34,174 nucleotides of DNA from contig FLMG01002762.1 in NCBI GenBank assembly GCA_900088475.1, positions 1 to 34,174 of the forward strand. The letters run 5' to 3'. Numbering within the stretch: the stretch's first letter is position 1; each line of letters begins with the position of its first letter. The notes beneath the pieces were generated by a model. That model saw only the letters and a program-made list of their open reading frames with translations. It was not told where the DNA came from and ran no database searches. The position numbers were made by a program, and so were the translations under genes. Shown piece after piece: positions 14,027 through 26,900 of this stretch. The stretch is from Hyphochytrium catenoides. Lineage: Eukaryota; Protista; Hyphochytriomycota.

Positions 14027-14843
14027 TCCCTTTCTCTCTCTCTCTCTTTGTCTCTCTCTCTCTTTCTCTTTGTCTCTTTGTCTCTCTCTCTCTCTTCCGA
14101 GATCTCTTCTTCCTCTGTCTCACTCTTGCTCACCTTATTATAGTTGGTTTATATATCTCTCCATCTATCTGTCTTATATCTCCGGCTTGCTATTGGATGC
14201 TGGACAATAGACACACTCTGAGTTGTTGGAGGGAATCAGAGCGTTATATTGCTATGGCTGGGCGGGTCTCTAGGGGAAAATATGGCACTATATACCTTTG
14301 AAACTATGAAAAAGTAATTGTTTCCCCTAGAAACCTCCTTGGCTCATCTGAAACCTTGACCTCTGGTCATATGATCCTAAGGAAAGTAGCAGGACAACAT
14401 GTGTTGAGTCGTCGGCAATGAGTGATTTCAACTTTTTTGAACGAGGGAGATTGGAACGTTGATCCATCCTCCTGTTTCCACGTTGTACCTGTACAGCTAC
14501 AACGCACGCTGGTAGATGAGCTTTCCTTTTGTCAATAATACCAATCCCGTTATTGTCGTCTGAATGAGGGTTGAAAAGGCAACAATATGGGAATTCAACT
14601 TCTGTCCACAACAGATCTGTGTGTACCCTGCATACACAATGTAAGGCGTTGCCGTGTTCATGGTACAATGGGTCTACGTAAAATACGAATATCATAGGTC
14701 TGAGAGGATAGACAGCAGCTGTATGAGGACACGTAAATCGTAAAATAACAGTTGTGAAATTGATTTTTCTATTTTGGTCGATAGAGTAGTTTTTCGGCAC
14801 TTTGGTTCTGATTTTCTTGGTGCGGAAAAAGCTTCAAAATCCA

Positions 14844-14924
14844 ATCTTCCGTCTTTATTCAGTCTCCAGTCTTCACTCTTCCGTCTTCAGTGTTCAGTCT
14901 TCAGTTTCCAGACTTCAGTCTTCA
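14844..14924. repeat. Degenerate heptamer tandem array, consensus GTCTTCA
   Basis: Nine in-register units at 14862-14924 (gtctcca gtcttca ctcttcc gtcttca gtgttca gtcttca gtttcca gacttca gtcttca) plus two upstream units. Confidence 0.85.
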
Positions 14925-15296
14925 GAAGCCATCACCCCAGACGATCATCAGATATCTCGGCAATGGCTTGTACTTAGAACTATAAGCGTCTGCCAGCACA
15001 AAAAGTGGAGATTGTGGCTATGAAGCTCAATTTTGAGTTCAGGTCCTTTTAGAGTGTCGTTCGCTCATGTCGACAACTCTATTGTGAAGGATAGAGAGAC
15101 TCTTGACTCTTGGCCATAGAGCGCATCCATAAATGATAGCCCCGAGTACCTCAAAGACGATCTTAGTGGCTGGATTCGCCTCCGACCATAGCTTCGTATC
15201 CCATTGAGCTCCACTGGTACTAGAAGTAGTATGGGAATGAAGATAATGTGTCGTGCGACTTTTACTTAACACAGAGTTCCCTTCTGCCTTTCCAAC

Positions 15297-17408
15297 ATGG
15301 ACGAAGAAATTGTTGAGGAAGTCATTGTGAGCGGCAGCGATGCTCCTCATCGAAGCCCTAGGAGTAAGAGGACCATGAATGGAGAAAGTAGTAGCTCTCC
15401 GACGGCAAGGAAGCGTCAATCCGACGCGGACGCTGAAACTCCCAAAGAAGAAGAAGGGCCGCAGTCAGCCCAGAGCTTAGTTATCAAAATCAAACCTCCC
15501 CACCTGGCCAGTCCTGGCCTCACATCACCTAAGAAGAGGACGCCGGTATGTTTGATAACGACTTGAAGTCTTGCTCCCTTTCCGTTACGATTGAACCAGA
15601 CGGTGATCTTCTTCAGCGCCAGGTTCATCCGCCCTTGTTGGTTTGCTCCCTTCAGTCCTTTCGTCTTCCTTCCATCCCTACGCCACGGAATTCTTCTTTA
15701 ACTAAGCTGTCCATGATGTTGTACCGTTGGCCTGTTTTCTTAGTGACTAGCCCCTGCGACATGCGCACTGCCATGCGCCCCAGTCTAACCGATATTGCCA
15801 CCAACCATCAGGTGCACTCCCCAAAGCGCTTCAAAGTTACTACAAAGCTTCACGATAACAAGATGCTGACGGAGTACGAGATCCGTCTCTTAGAGTCTTA
15901 TGCTAAGAGCAAGGCACAGGCGAGTAGTCTCCCTACCTTCTTGTCTTTTTCGTCGAAAGGACGTTACTGTTTCTAGTCAATCAACTATCTCGGCGCCATC
16001 GTTCCCTGGTACACTGCTACCGGCAGCCTCTACCGTTGGATGCCGGCGCTGTCCTTTCATCTTCAACACCTTTTCTGGACAATGACAGCCGTTTAACTCA
16101 ATCTTTTTGTCTTGTGTTTCTGGGATCATGGGCAACGTCAAAAGCCATCCTAATCCTTTGTCGTGCTCGCTGACTTCTGTTGACTGCGGGTCGGTCACGG
16201 CCCAACTGGTTATTATGTTACTCTCCCTCGTACCATGGAGATGCCAGGCTCTTCCTCTCCCCTTTCCAAGCTAACTCTTGCTTGATCCTTGCAGAAGCAG
16301 CAGACGGAGAAAGCGTCTCCTATGGCACAAGGCAGTGGCATTGACAAAGTACGAAGCTTCCTTCAGAAGAAATCAGAAAACAGTGGGGCAGACCTATTAA
16401 AGCGAGAGAGCAGCGTTACTGCCATGTCTCCCTCCACCAGTATAGCGGCGGTAAAGGCCCTGATGGGAGGAGATACTGCTCCACTGCTCCTCTCTCGAAC
16501 GGGCGGCGCCGGGCAGCCAGGCGCCTCGTCCATGATTAAAGCGGGAGGGGGAGAAGAATTCTATAATGTACCGCAGAGGCCGCGGCCCGGCCAGGATTCC
16601 CGGCCTGCAAGGTAGTGCAATGCAACGCTCTCTCTATGTGAACAACATGCAAGAGTGACATAGCTAGACATACATAGGGGCATAGGGCAGGCGCAACAGG
16701 AAAAGATGAGGAGATTCACCTATTGATCAGAGGAAAGCGTGGGACTGTGAGCGTGGAGGAGAGAAAGAAGGGAGAAAGGGGAACCCCAATAGGACAAAAG
16801 AGAGACGGAGGGAGAGAGGGAAACCAGATATCTAACTCTTTATCCATCAGTGAGTATCCTCCTCCTTGGCAAGGCGGAGGAGGAGGAGATCGAGGTGGCG
16901 GCAGCGGAGGGTATGGGCGACAGAACTTTGACGTCTTCGTGGGAAACCTAAGCTCGGAGGTGATGCGTTCAGACTTGGCGCGAGTCTTCGCACCGTACAA
17001 GATCGACTCCATCAGATTGATAGCCAGCAAAGGGTAAGTGGGTCTGTGGAGTCCCCCTCCTGCCGATACCAGGGAGATGGGAAGGAGGCTGAGACTTGGC
17101 CTCAGAAAATGTTAGAAGAAAAAGAGGAAGAGAGAATAAGTGTCAAGCGTAGCAGGGAGTGGAAGGACAGAACCGGGTTGGGGCACAATTGGATAAACAA
17201 GGAACGCAAGGGCGCTTATGACTCTAGTCCTTTGTTTTCAATCCTTCTTCCTTGTTCATGGAGCCTCTCGGGAGCCTGACTTAGTTCCCTTAGTTTTGCC
17301 TTTGTCAGCTTCCAGGACCATCGAGAGGCCGAAGATGCCATCCGGGACCTGAATGGCTATGACGTGCTAGGCAGCAACATTAGACTTTCATGGGCGAAAA
17401 GACGGTAG
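15297..17408 (+). CDS. RRM protein with a long disordered N-terminal region; candidate NELF-E-like
   Basis: Exons 15297-15545, 15812-15919, 16295-16611, 16851-17033, 17294-17408 join in frame if intron 2 uses a GC donor. C-terminal RRM has RNP2 VFVGNL, RNP1 KGFAFVSF and EAEDAIRDLNGYDVLGSNIRLSWAKRR. The RRM is certain; joining the upstream exons is inferred. Confidence 0.75.
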
Positions 17409-17657
17409 AGGATTAGAAAGACCTACGCTTCCAAGAAGTATAGGACCAACAGGGAAATGAGATAGCTTGGGGAACAAGGGGCGAGAGGGCTACAAAGATA
17501 ACTTTATGCTTGTTTATATATGGATCTCTAGCTCCAACCCAGCCCAGTCTGTCCTCTTGCGAATCTCTAACATAGCAAGAATAAAGGGGAGCGAGAGGAC
17601 GAAGGCAGGGATGAGGCAGCGTCCAAGGCCTTTGGAAGGCTGTGTATCTCTCCTACT

Positions 17658-19211
17658 CTATTTCTCTTTCTTGGACTCCTCTGCGACAGCCTTTTCTTCG
17701 CCATCTTCCTTCTTCTCTCCTTCTTCTTCATAGGCCCAGAGCTCCTTGAACTCTCTGCGGACAAGCCCCTGAAAGACAGAGGATCCCAAGCATGCCGGGA
17801 CCAAATAGAGCAGAGCGGGCTACACATACACATGGAAAGAAGAGGGAGAAAGGTAAGAGAGAGGATGGCGCCAAAAGTTTGAGATGAAAGAAGGTAAAAG
17901 GAAAGAGATAAAAAGACACAATGTAAGACAAACTCAGATGAGGATAAAGACGTGCGAAGGCCAGGAGGAGCTCAAAATAGATGAGGAGAGAGAGAGAGAG
18001 ACGTCACACCTGTGCATGGTCAAAGGCATACATCACCACTATGGTGGCAACCAGTCCAAGGACATAGAAGAGCATGTTGCAGAGGAAATAAGGCTTGGGG
18101 AAGCTGTATGACATCAGTCCGGCCACAGATTCAGGCTTCGCGCGGGCGGCATCAAAGCGGAGTAGCAGTGCGATGAAGATGCCTGCGAGGAGAAGGAACA
18201 CGAAGAAAGAGGAGAAACTCAATTAGGAACTCACTCCCCGCATCTGTCATCTTTCAAGTGCCTTCGCTTTCGAGCGTTCTCCTTAGTAGAGCTTCTCGTT
18301 GGGTCCTGTAGCTTAGTAGGACCCCACTCGATGTTAAAGCCGCTCTCAGACGGTCTTTCTCTCTCTCTTTCTCTCTCTGTCTGTGACGTCACCATTCTCT
18401 CGCTCTTTGTCCTTCCTCCCTCCTTTGCTTACCTGGAATGACAATATCTCCTAGACCAAGCATGGAGAACTGAGCCTTGGCAGTCTCAGTCGCATGTGCG
18501 CGCAAGAAGAGAAGCTTGATGGGAGCATCAAAGGACTTGGCCACAGTCACCATCACCTCGGTTCCGAACACCCAGAAGATATCGTAGAAGAAGAGACCAG
18601 TCTGCGAACGAGAAGATATGACATAGTGTGAATGGCCAGGAGATAAGTGAGAACTGTCTCTCTGCGCTCATCCCAGTGCTTCTCCCCTCTTCATTTCTGT
18701 CCTTTCCGTCTCCCCTCTCCTTCAATCTCTATCATCCCTGTCTCTCAATTGTCTCTCTCCTTCCTTGTCGATGCATTTACCAGCAGGATGGCGCCAACTT
18801 TGTAGCTGCCAAGAGAAATGGACTCAATGCCCTTGACAGACAGAGCGATGCCGAAGATATTGTTCAGGACAAAGTGCTTGGTCTTGAACCAGAGCCCTGC
18901 CAGCCCTCCACTGATAATCAAAGCTACCAGATCTGACTTGGTGATCTTCAGCTCTACCTTGCCTACAGGGGCGAACCTCTAAGGTTAGGGGAAGTAGAAA
19001 ACATAGGGAAGAGGCAATAGAGAGACATAGGTGCCGAGCAAGCGGCGCTGGACTGCCCAGAGGAAAATGGAAAGACGGAAAGAGAAAGGAAGAGAGATGA
19101 AAGGCTCGGAAATAAAACTGTCGTCAGTGATGGAGAGAGCGGAGGACATGTGCCTCAGAGAGAGCGAGATAGAGGAAGAAGAGGAGAGAAGGTGTGTGGG
19201 GAAGAAGTGAG

Positions 19212-19252
<41 letters not shown>

Positions 19253-19380
19253 AGGCATGAGAGTTCATGCTAGATTTTGAGACAATGGAGCAGCTGAGAG
19301 AAGAACGCTACCAGCTAAAGGCACGGTGAAGGCCAGGTCGATCAGTACAGTGTTCTGTTTCCGCGCAAGATACAAGGGGG

Positions 19381-19412
<32 letters not shown>

Positions 19413-20093
19413 AATAATGTTAACCAGGTAGATCGGCTCCATTCACACATCGTCCCGTCGATGTACGTACATTTGGGATGAAAGCCCCGAGGAAGAGGGA
19501 GAGAGTAGAGGAGACAGTGTAGACGATGATCATCGTGAAGTATAGGGACAGGACGAGGTTGACCATATCCTTGTCGAAGATCTTGAAGAGAAGATAGAGT
19601 CCAAAGAGCATGCATGAGCCCACAACGGGGAACATGTAGGCATCCTGCTGAGTCATTGTCTCCTCCTCCTAAACGGACAATGTAAGCCAAGCACGTAGAA
19701 CAGGTGTAAGGTCTAAATGAACGGGAAGAAGAGAAGAGAACAAGAAAGAGAACGGCGAGCTGCCACAAGAGAAAAGAAATTGAAACGAGACATGAGAAGA
19801 CGAGAAGAAACAACATCCTTTGTCCAATGGTGCAGGCTAGGAATAGAGATCGAGAGAGAGAGAGAGATCGAGAGAGAGATAAAGAGATGAAAGAAAGAAG
19901 GGTGAGATTTATGGTTAGCCTTTACCTCCCTGTCCTTGAGGTGAATGGAAAAGTGGGATCCAATGTAAATGATGGTGGCTGCCATGCCGATCATTGTGAC
20001 GCCGATGGGCAGGACCACCACCGAAGAGATCGCGGTCAGGAGGACCAGCGCCAAGGCGGCCACACCCACGCCACCAGAGAAAAGATTTGCCAT
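17658..20093 (-). CDS. SPP: Signal peptide peptidase (presenilin-type aspartic intramembrane protease, A22B); 7 exons
   Basis: Exons 20093-19926, 19668-19471, 19354-19312, 18962-18781, 18601-18433, 18182-18010, 17819-17658. Catalytic GLFFYDIFWVFGT and MLGLGDIVIPG, QPALLYLVP motif, and C-terminal KKEK ER-retrieval signal. Confidence 0.96.
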
Positions 20094-20682
20094 GGTTAAG
20101 AGACAACGGGCAGACGCAGGTTCCGGTTGAGCTTCAGAGGAATTTCCAGATTGATGCAGATCTGCAGCTCTGCCGACGTGACAAGTGTCTCAATCACTGA
20201 GCCATGAGCCTGATCACGATTACCGTTCAAGAGCTTGTACTCGTAGCAGCAGGAGGGTGGGGGTTAGGGGATGGGAGAGGAGAAGAGAAAGGGAGGCAAG
20301 GGAGAGAGCGCGAAGAGGGAGGGAGGGACGGAGAGATTGGGAGGGGGAAGAGAGAGCGCGAGAGAGAACGACAGAGAGAGAGAGAGAGTTGAGTGAGTGA
20401 GAGAGAGAGAGAGAGAAAAAGAGAGAGGGAGAGTAAGAGAGAGGAGAGAGGGGAAGAAAGAGAGAGAGAGAGAGAGAGAGAAAAAGAAAGAGACAAACGG
20501 AGGAGAGAGAGAGGAAATAGATAGAGGCAAAAAGTGTGAGGTTGTGCTGAGGGCTGAGATGGTTCTGATACCAGAGAGGGGAGGAAACAATCAATGAACA
20601 GAATCCTGAAAGAAACAATCTTACTCTAACACAAACTTAGTAGCCATGAATCTATCCTTTGTTTCTTTCAGATTCGAAATCA

Positions 20683-20779
20683 GTACGTGCTGTACGCGTA
20701 TGTCGTTGTACATACTTCGATGTTATGAAGTCCTGTAGTAATTGCGGCGTACTGTTACTGTACTACTGTACATTGGTAC
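20683..20779. promoter_or_regulatory. GTAC cluster in the divergent SPP/PqiA intergenic region
   Basis: GTAC at 20683, 20692, 20708, 20749, 20760, 20768 and 20776. A regulatory role is inferred from position only. Confidence 0.4.
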
Positions 20780-21095
20780 AACGCCCTGAGTAGGCCGACG
20801 CGCTATTTTGTATCTGGTCATTCATATTGGAGATATTGATTAGCATCTTCAGAGCCTCCAACGGTCAGATTCGTCGCTTACACCCTTCAATGCGGTCAAG
20901 GTCAAGATGCGGGAAGAAGAAAGGAACAGGAAGCGAAGAAAGGGGCCAGAGAAGAAGAGACGGATCTCTAGAAAAGCCATATCAGAGATCTCCGGTCAAG
21001 CTCATTGCCAGACCTTCGTCGGAAGTCTCGTCACTGGACCGGACTGTTGAGCTAATCGTTCTGAAGCTACAAAGTGCGCGAAGAGAGGAAGAACA

Positions 21096-22493
21096 ATGTG
21101 GAATAAGCGTGGAGCCCAGGCTGGTGTTTCTGGGGAGAGAGGTCAAAATGGTGGAGGGCTGCACAGAGGAAAGTTGCTGTTGCTCACCACTGCGATCTTC
21201 TCCACTATAGCTCTTCTGACACTTGGACAGTTGCTGCCCAGCTTCTCTGTATATTATGGTATCCCCGCACTCCATCAGAAAGGCGTCACTTATAGGTACA
21301 GTCTCTGGGAAGGGATCCAGAAGCTGTATGAGGACAAGGTCTACATTGTTGCCACGATGCTGCTTCTGTGGTCTGGAATTTGGCCACATCTCAAGCTCCT
21401 TCTTCTTTGCCTTTTCAGCTGGATGACCACGAAGGATGTCAGACCTCGCCTTCGTGCCTTCGAGTGGCTGGCAGCCATGGGCAAATGGTCGTTCTTGGAC
21501 GTGTGGGTGGTCTCTCTCATAATCATTGCTATCCGTTTGGATCAGGACTACTCCCTCTTAGGCTTCAACGCCATCGTCTGGTTCCAAGCGGTTGGAGAGT
21601 CTGGTGTCTTTGTATTCTTTGGATCTATCGTGATCTCTCAGGTATGTACTCCCCTAAAAGGCACCTAGGCACTAATCTTACGAGAACTTAATAATGGCTC
21701 TTCCACTCATTCTTAGATTATAAGCGACGTTTTGATCACTGGGCACAGAGCCATAGTGGTGGAGAATCCTTTGGACTCTGACAGTGGACTAATGACAGAG
21801 TCAGACACCCAGTACGGCACGAAGTGGTCACTACGTCAAGTTGTTACCTCTCCAACCAGAAAGATTGCGACAACGCTTGCTCTGACCAGTCTGGGCGTCA
21901 TCGTAGCCGTTGGAACCTTCATCCCAACTTTTCGCCTGACTTACAATGCTGCCAAAAAGGAGCTCGAAGTCGACGACTACTCTGTCTTTACAGGCTTTTT
22001 GAAGGTAGCGGAGGTCAATCATACCGGAGACGGGAACATCGTCTTAGCGGTCATTGGGCTGCTCGGCGTAGTTCTTCTTCCCATGATCCAGATTGTCATG
22101 CTTTTTATGGTGTGGTTCAAGCCTGCTACTCAGGAACAGCACTTTCGTATGCACCGGACAATGGAACTTGTGGGCCATTGGTCTTGTTTGGACACCTTTT
22201 ATGTGGCGCTCGTTATCGTTCTGCTTGAGATTGGGCACCTGGTTGAAGCGAGCAGCCTTGGCAAGCTTGTCAAACTGAAGATGCTTCCCCTGCCAGCACT
22301 TTACATCGTGGGAATCTCGACAATTCTCCTTAATTTCGTCAAGTGGTCCATTGAGTCTCAGCATGGCAAGGCAATGAGACCTACGGGCACCAGGAGACCN
22401 NNNNNNNNNNNNNNNNNNNNNNNNNNNNNNNNNNNNNNNNNNNNNNNNNNNNNNNNNNNNNNNNNNNNNNNNNNNNNNNNNNNNNCTTGCTAA
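21096..22493 (+). CDS. Paraquat-inducible protein A (PqiA)-family multi-pass membrane protein with two repeats; 3' end uncertain because of an N gap
   Basis: Exon 21096-21641, 75-nt GT-AG intron, exon from 21717. Two homologous hydrophobic halves: YSLWEGIQKL...SGIWPHLKL...MGKWSFLDVWVV and YSVFTGFLKV...VVLLPMIQI...VGHWSCLDTFYV. These match the PqiA pattern S-x-x-x-G...P-x-x-K...G[KR]WSMLDVF. Confidence 0.8.
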
Positions 22494-23513
22494 GAGGTTT
22501 TTTATCCTCACATCGCTGCTAAGAGGGATTTCACGTCATGGCTAGTACTAGTACCAGTCGATCCTGTTTCCCTTTATCTCGAAGCTCTCCTCCCCGCTGC
22601 CATGTAGATACCCAGACGACGTTACATCTATAGGACCGCATAGCTAGCACCTCGTCCTGGCTGAGGGTTCTGGGTACAACGGATACGATAATGCTATGCC
22701 AGTGGAGGAGGACTCTGAAAGTCATCTGAAGAAGGCAATGGACAACTTTTCATCGCTCACCACGAGCTACAACCGCCGCTTGCTTGGCTGGCCCAGTAGT
22801 GCACTCCCGAGTCACGCAAAAACGGTAGTTCTCCGTCGCCTCCTACTTTTCAATGGAAAGATCCTTTTCACTGGCGGAATGCATCAGGGATATATTACAA
22901 TAAGATAATAATCATCCCTCACTATTATAACGTTATTCATAATGTATTTCCTACACTCTGTAAGGTTTTCAATTGTCCCATTTGACTTTTTACAGATTCA
23001 AATACCGGGACTGTAAAGGAGTGACGGGAAGATGCCCGAGATTGTAGCTTTACGTTTTCGACTTCACTCTTGACACTGTTAGGTTTCCCAGCGAAAGTTC
23101 TTGATCGTCCCCTGATTGTTCTTTAGAAGGAAGATATGCCATTCTTACTACGCCAGAGTATAGCAGTGCTAACACATTCATATGATGGATAGAGTGCGGT
23201 CTATTATTACAGTTCCCATTGGCCTCAATACCTCTTCCCCGTCCATAAGTACGCATTATACTCACTATACTCCCAAAGCGCAATCCTCCGTACCCCTTGT
23301 TAATGTGCGCACCGATTGCTGTGACCTCTCTCTTCTCTCTCTATATATATCTTCCTCGCTCTCTGTCTTGTTGTCTCCCTGACTCTCTGTTCCCCTCTGT
23401 CTTGCTCTCTCTCTTTTTCTCTTTCTCTTTCTCTCTCACTCTCTGTCCCTGTCTGTCTCTGTCTCTGTCTCTCACTGTCTGTCTGTCTGTCGGTCTCTCT
23501 CTCTCTCTCTCTC

Positions 23514-23557
<44 letters not shown>

Positions 23558-23956
23558 TCTGTCTCTCTTTCCCCCTCTCTCTCTTTCTCTCTCTTGCTTT
23601 TTCCTTTACCTCCTGAATGTCTCTCATTTCTTCCTCCTCTCTCACTTTCCCCTCTCCTCTCTAGATTATTGCGAGCCTTTGCTTCCTCTTTCTTCAATGT
23701 CCTGGTGCTGTCTCAGACGCATTGACGACGGCGAAGGGACAACGGCCCTGGAAGGCTGGCATTCTCTTCCATTTTCTACTTCCCCGCTTCTCAAGGCTAG
23801 CCATCCTCCAGCGTCTTCGTCAAAAGCTAGACAGTGGACAATCCAGCGGAACTGACAACACAGCTTGCTCTTCGAGCGAGAGCAAGAAGCCAAGAGATTG
23901 CCAATAGACAGGGAAAAGAGAGAAAAGAGAGACAAAAGGAAGACAAAGGCGGCGTC

Positions 23957-26900
23957 ATGGCCACAGCGGACGAGCAGCCTCAGAACCAAGGGCCAGAAGC
24001 GCAGCAACCACTTCCACAGCGTAAGATGAAGGGCCGCGGGCCGCGTCTCTATTCTGCGCAAAGGACGTCAGAGGAGACCACCCAGACGCAGGCTGGAGCC
24101 CAGCCAACAAGCAAGGACGCAGACACGCGGCTCACGGCTGGGGCTCCCGCACTGGAGACTGCAAAGCAGGCGAAGAAGGGCGATGAGACTGACATCAAGA
24201 AGCCTCAGGAAACAGAAGGAGAGAAACAGCAGATCACTCCGCTGCGAGAGAAAGACGATGTTGCCAATGCGGCGTCTGCGATGCCCGAGACTAATGTCGA
24301 CAAACTCGAAAAGAGGCAATCTCCGTCTGAGAATGCGCCTGCCCATGAACAGGAAAGAAGAAAGGAGGACGAAAACAAGCCCCAGAGGCATGTCGAAAAC
24401 GGGAAAAAGCTGTCATCGGCGCCGACCGATGGAGCAGGAAAGGCCAAGAAGGGCTTCCGCCAGCAGCGTGCGCCGCGGCCGCGCTATGTCCCTAGAAAGA
24501 AGGAGGCAGAAGAAGGAAAGAAGGAAAGACCACCACCTATTCATTCGTCTCTTCCAGCCTCAGCCTCTTCTCCTGAAGCTGCAGCACCCGAGAAGATGGA
24601 GAAGGCTTCTTCTGGACGGAGCGTTTGCACCGAGGCAGAGCACAAGGGCAATGGAAAGAAAGCTCTTTCTGATCCTTCCTCATCCCGCTCACCCTCTCCG
24701 TCACCCTCTCTCTCCGGCTCAGAGAAGACAAGCAAGCGCGCTGGTAAAGAGAAGAGTAAAGGAAAGAAGGAGAACAATCGGGAGATGGATCCAAGAGAGA
24801 CACAGAAGCCGTCGGAGGCTTCAAAAGAAGAGGCTCCTGCCTCCAAAACTCCTTCTTCTCCTCTAGAGAGCGCTGTAAAACCTCCAGCAGAGGCGACAAC
24901 GCCGTCACCACCCGCTCCAGAGGTAGAGCAAAAAGAGACTCAGCAGGCCGCTGGTCAGGAAGAAGGAGAGAAAGAACCAGTTAGGATCTCGAAGAATGCC
25001 AAAAGAGAGAGAAAGGACCGCAAGACCCAGAGAGACAGAGCTGCCCGGATAAGCAGAGATCCAATAGAGGCGAAGAAGTACCCAGAAAAAGAGGCAACAG
25101 AGATTCCAAAGAAAGATAAAGAGGCCACTAGCCAAGATGTGGAAACGAGACAGAGTGGCACGACCCCTCCAGTGACAGGAGAGACCATAACAGAAGGGAG
25201 ACAAAGTGCCACATCAGCTGCCACAGATGCCGTAGAAGAAAAGGGCTCTTCCTCGCGCTCCAGGCAGAGAAAGGGGGGCAAGGCAGGAAGAAAGGAGAGA
25301 AAGGCTGCAGCGGACGGGAAGCCCACGCCGCCTTCTAAGGAAGAGTCCAAAGAAGTGTTGAACGCCGAGAAAGCTTCAGACGATAGTGCTTCAGCGGAAC
25401 TTCCAATGAAGCCGAAATCTTTCACTGAAGAGGTGAGAAGATCAGCCGAGCGGGAGAAGGAAATTGGAATAGAGAGAGAAAAGAGGAGAGTGAGAGAGAG
25501 AAAGAGCTCTGGCTCTCTGTAAAAGGAAAAGGAGCAACCAGAGACTCCAGCTGGAAACAGCTTGCTCTTGCTTCAGCGTTCCTTCGTCTTCTGGCCGGAA
25601 ACGCTATTCCTCTCAACTCGCCTTTCCCTCTGTACTCCTACTCTCTTTCTCTCGCTTATTCTCCCTTCATGGTGTTTGCTACGATTTACAAAGGTGACCA
25701 CCGCTCTTCTGACAAATGACCGTTCCTCCGCCCGCTATTCCACGTCTCTCCCGACTCTTTATTCAGGTGGCGATCCCGTCAGAGCTTGCTTCCTGGTGTA
25801 ACCCTAACAACGGCGAGTGTATGGATATTCTGAAGACTGTCATTGAGACCACAGGAGCCACAGAGATACTCTGCGACCAAAGAAACGGGAAAGCTGGGTA
25901 AGTCTCTCTCCCTTTCTCCTTCTCTCTTCCGCCTTTCCCTCATTTAGAGGATAACTATGCCGGAGAGAACTAGAAGTAAACGTGGCTGAAGGGAGAGGAG
26001 AGGGGAGGAGGGCAATACTGGAAAGATGAGGAGAGCGAATTGTACTCTTCACAGAGGAGGCTGACTGTCTCCATCTCTCTCACATGATAGGAAGTTCCAG
26101 ATTGACGCTCCTACTGAGGCGGCAGTGCACCGCGCCGGCATCCTCCTGTCCACACATCTGCGGCAGCAGAGCGTGCTCCAGCGCCTCTCACTCGGAGCGA
26201 AGGAGCTTAATAAGAGCTTAGAAGAGAAACAGAGAGAGGTGGAGCTAGGGCTGCGCCAAGAGGTAAAAGGAAGAGACAGAAACAGCCTCCTTTTTCACAC
26301 TTACTGACTTCTTCTCTCCTTGGTTTCTCTCTCTCTCTCTCTCGCACGCGCGCGCTCTCTGCCTCTCTCTCTTGCTGCGTCTTCTCTCTTTCACTCTTTC
26401 CCCTTCCATCCTCGCTCTGTTCGCCAGTTCTCTGTCGACAGAGAGGCCATCGGGTGGGTCATTGGCCGCTCTGGAGAGAACATCAATCGCGTGTATGAGA
26501 AGACTGGCGTTGAGAGGATTGTGATAGACAAAGAGCAAGCCATTGTTAGGGTCGTAGGAAAGAGCAGAGAAGCAGTAGAGCAAGCCAGAGCGCTACTGGA
26601 CTTCCAGGTGAGGAAAGAGAAGAGTAGAAGTTAGAAGAATTACGACGATCCTTCTTTGTTGTCACTCTCTCTCTGTCTCTTTGTCCTCTGTTTCTCTCTT
26701 CTTTCTCTCTCTCTCTCTCTTTCTGGCTCTTTCCTCCCTCTGGCACTGACCTCCTTTCCTTCTCCCTTATATCCTGTCCTACCTAATGGGTGGCCTGTCT
26801 TTCTTCTCTATCCGCCGCGCCGCTATGTGCCATGTAGGTCAAGTTCATTCCTCTCTCGCGCGATGACTGTGAGTGGCTGCGCTCGTACCCTGGGGCGGGG

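Noticed and set aside
14327-14800. 157-aa minus-strand ORF in AT-richer intergenic DNA
   Set aside because: Non-ATG start, no recognisable motif and no supporting splice signals.
25544-25562. GCTG-GAAA-CAGC tetraloop resembling SRP RNA helix 8
   Set aside because: It lacks the SRP54-binding internal loop and the rest of the SRP fold, and sits in an ordinary intron.
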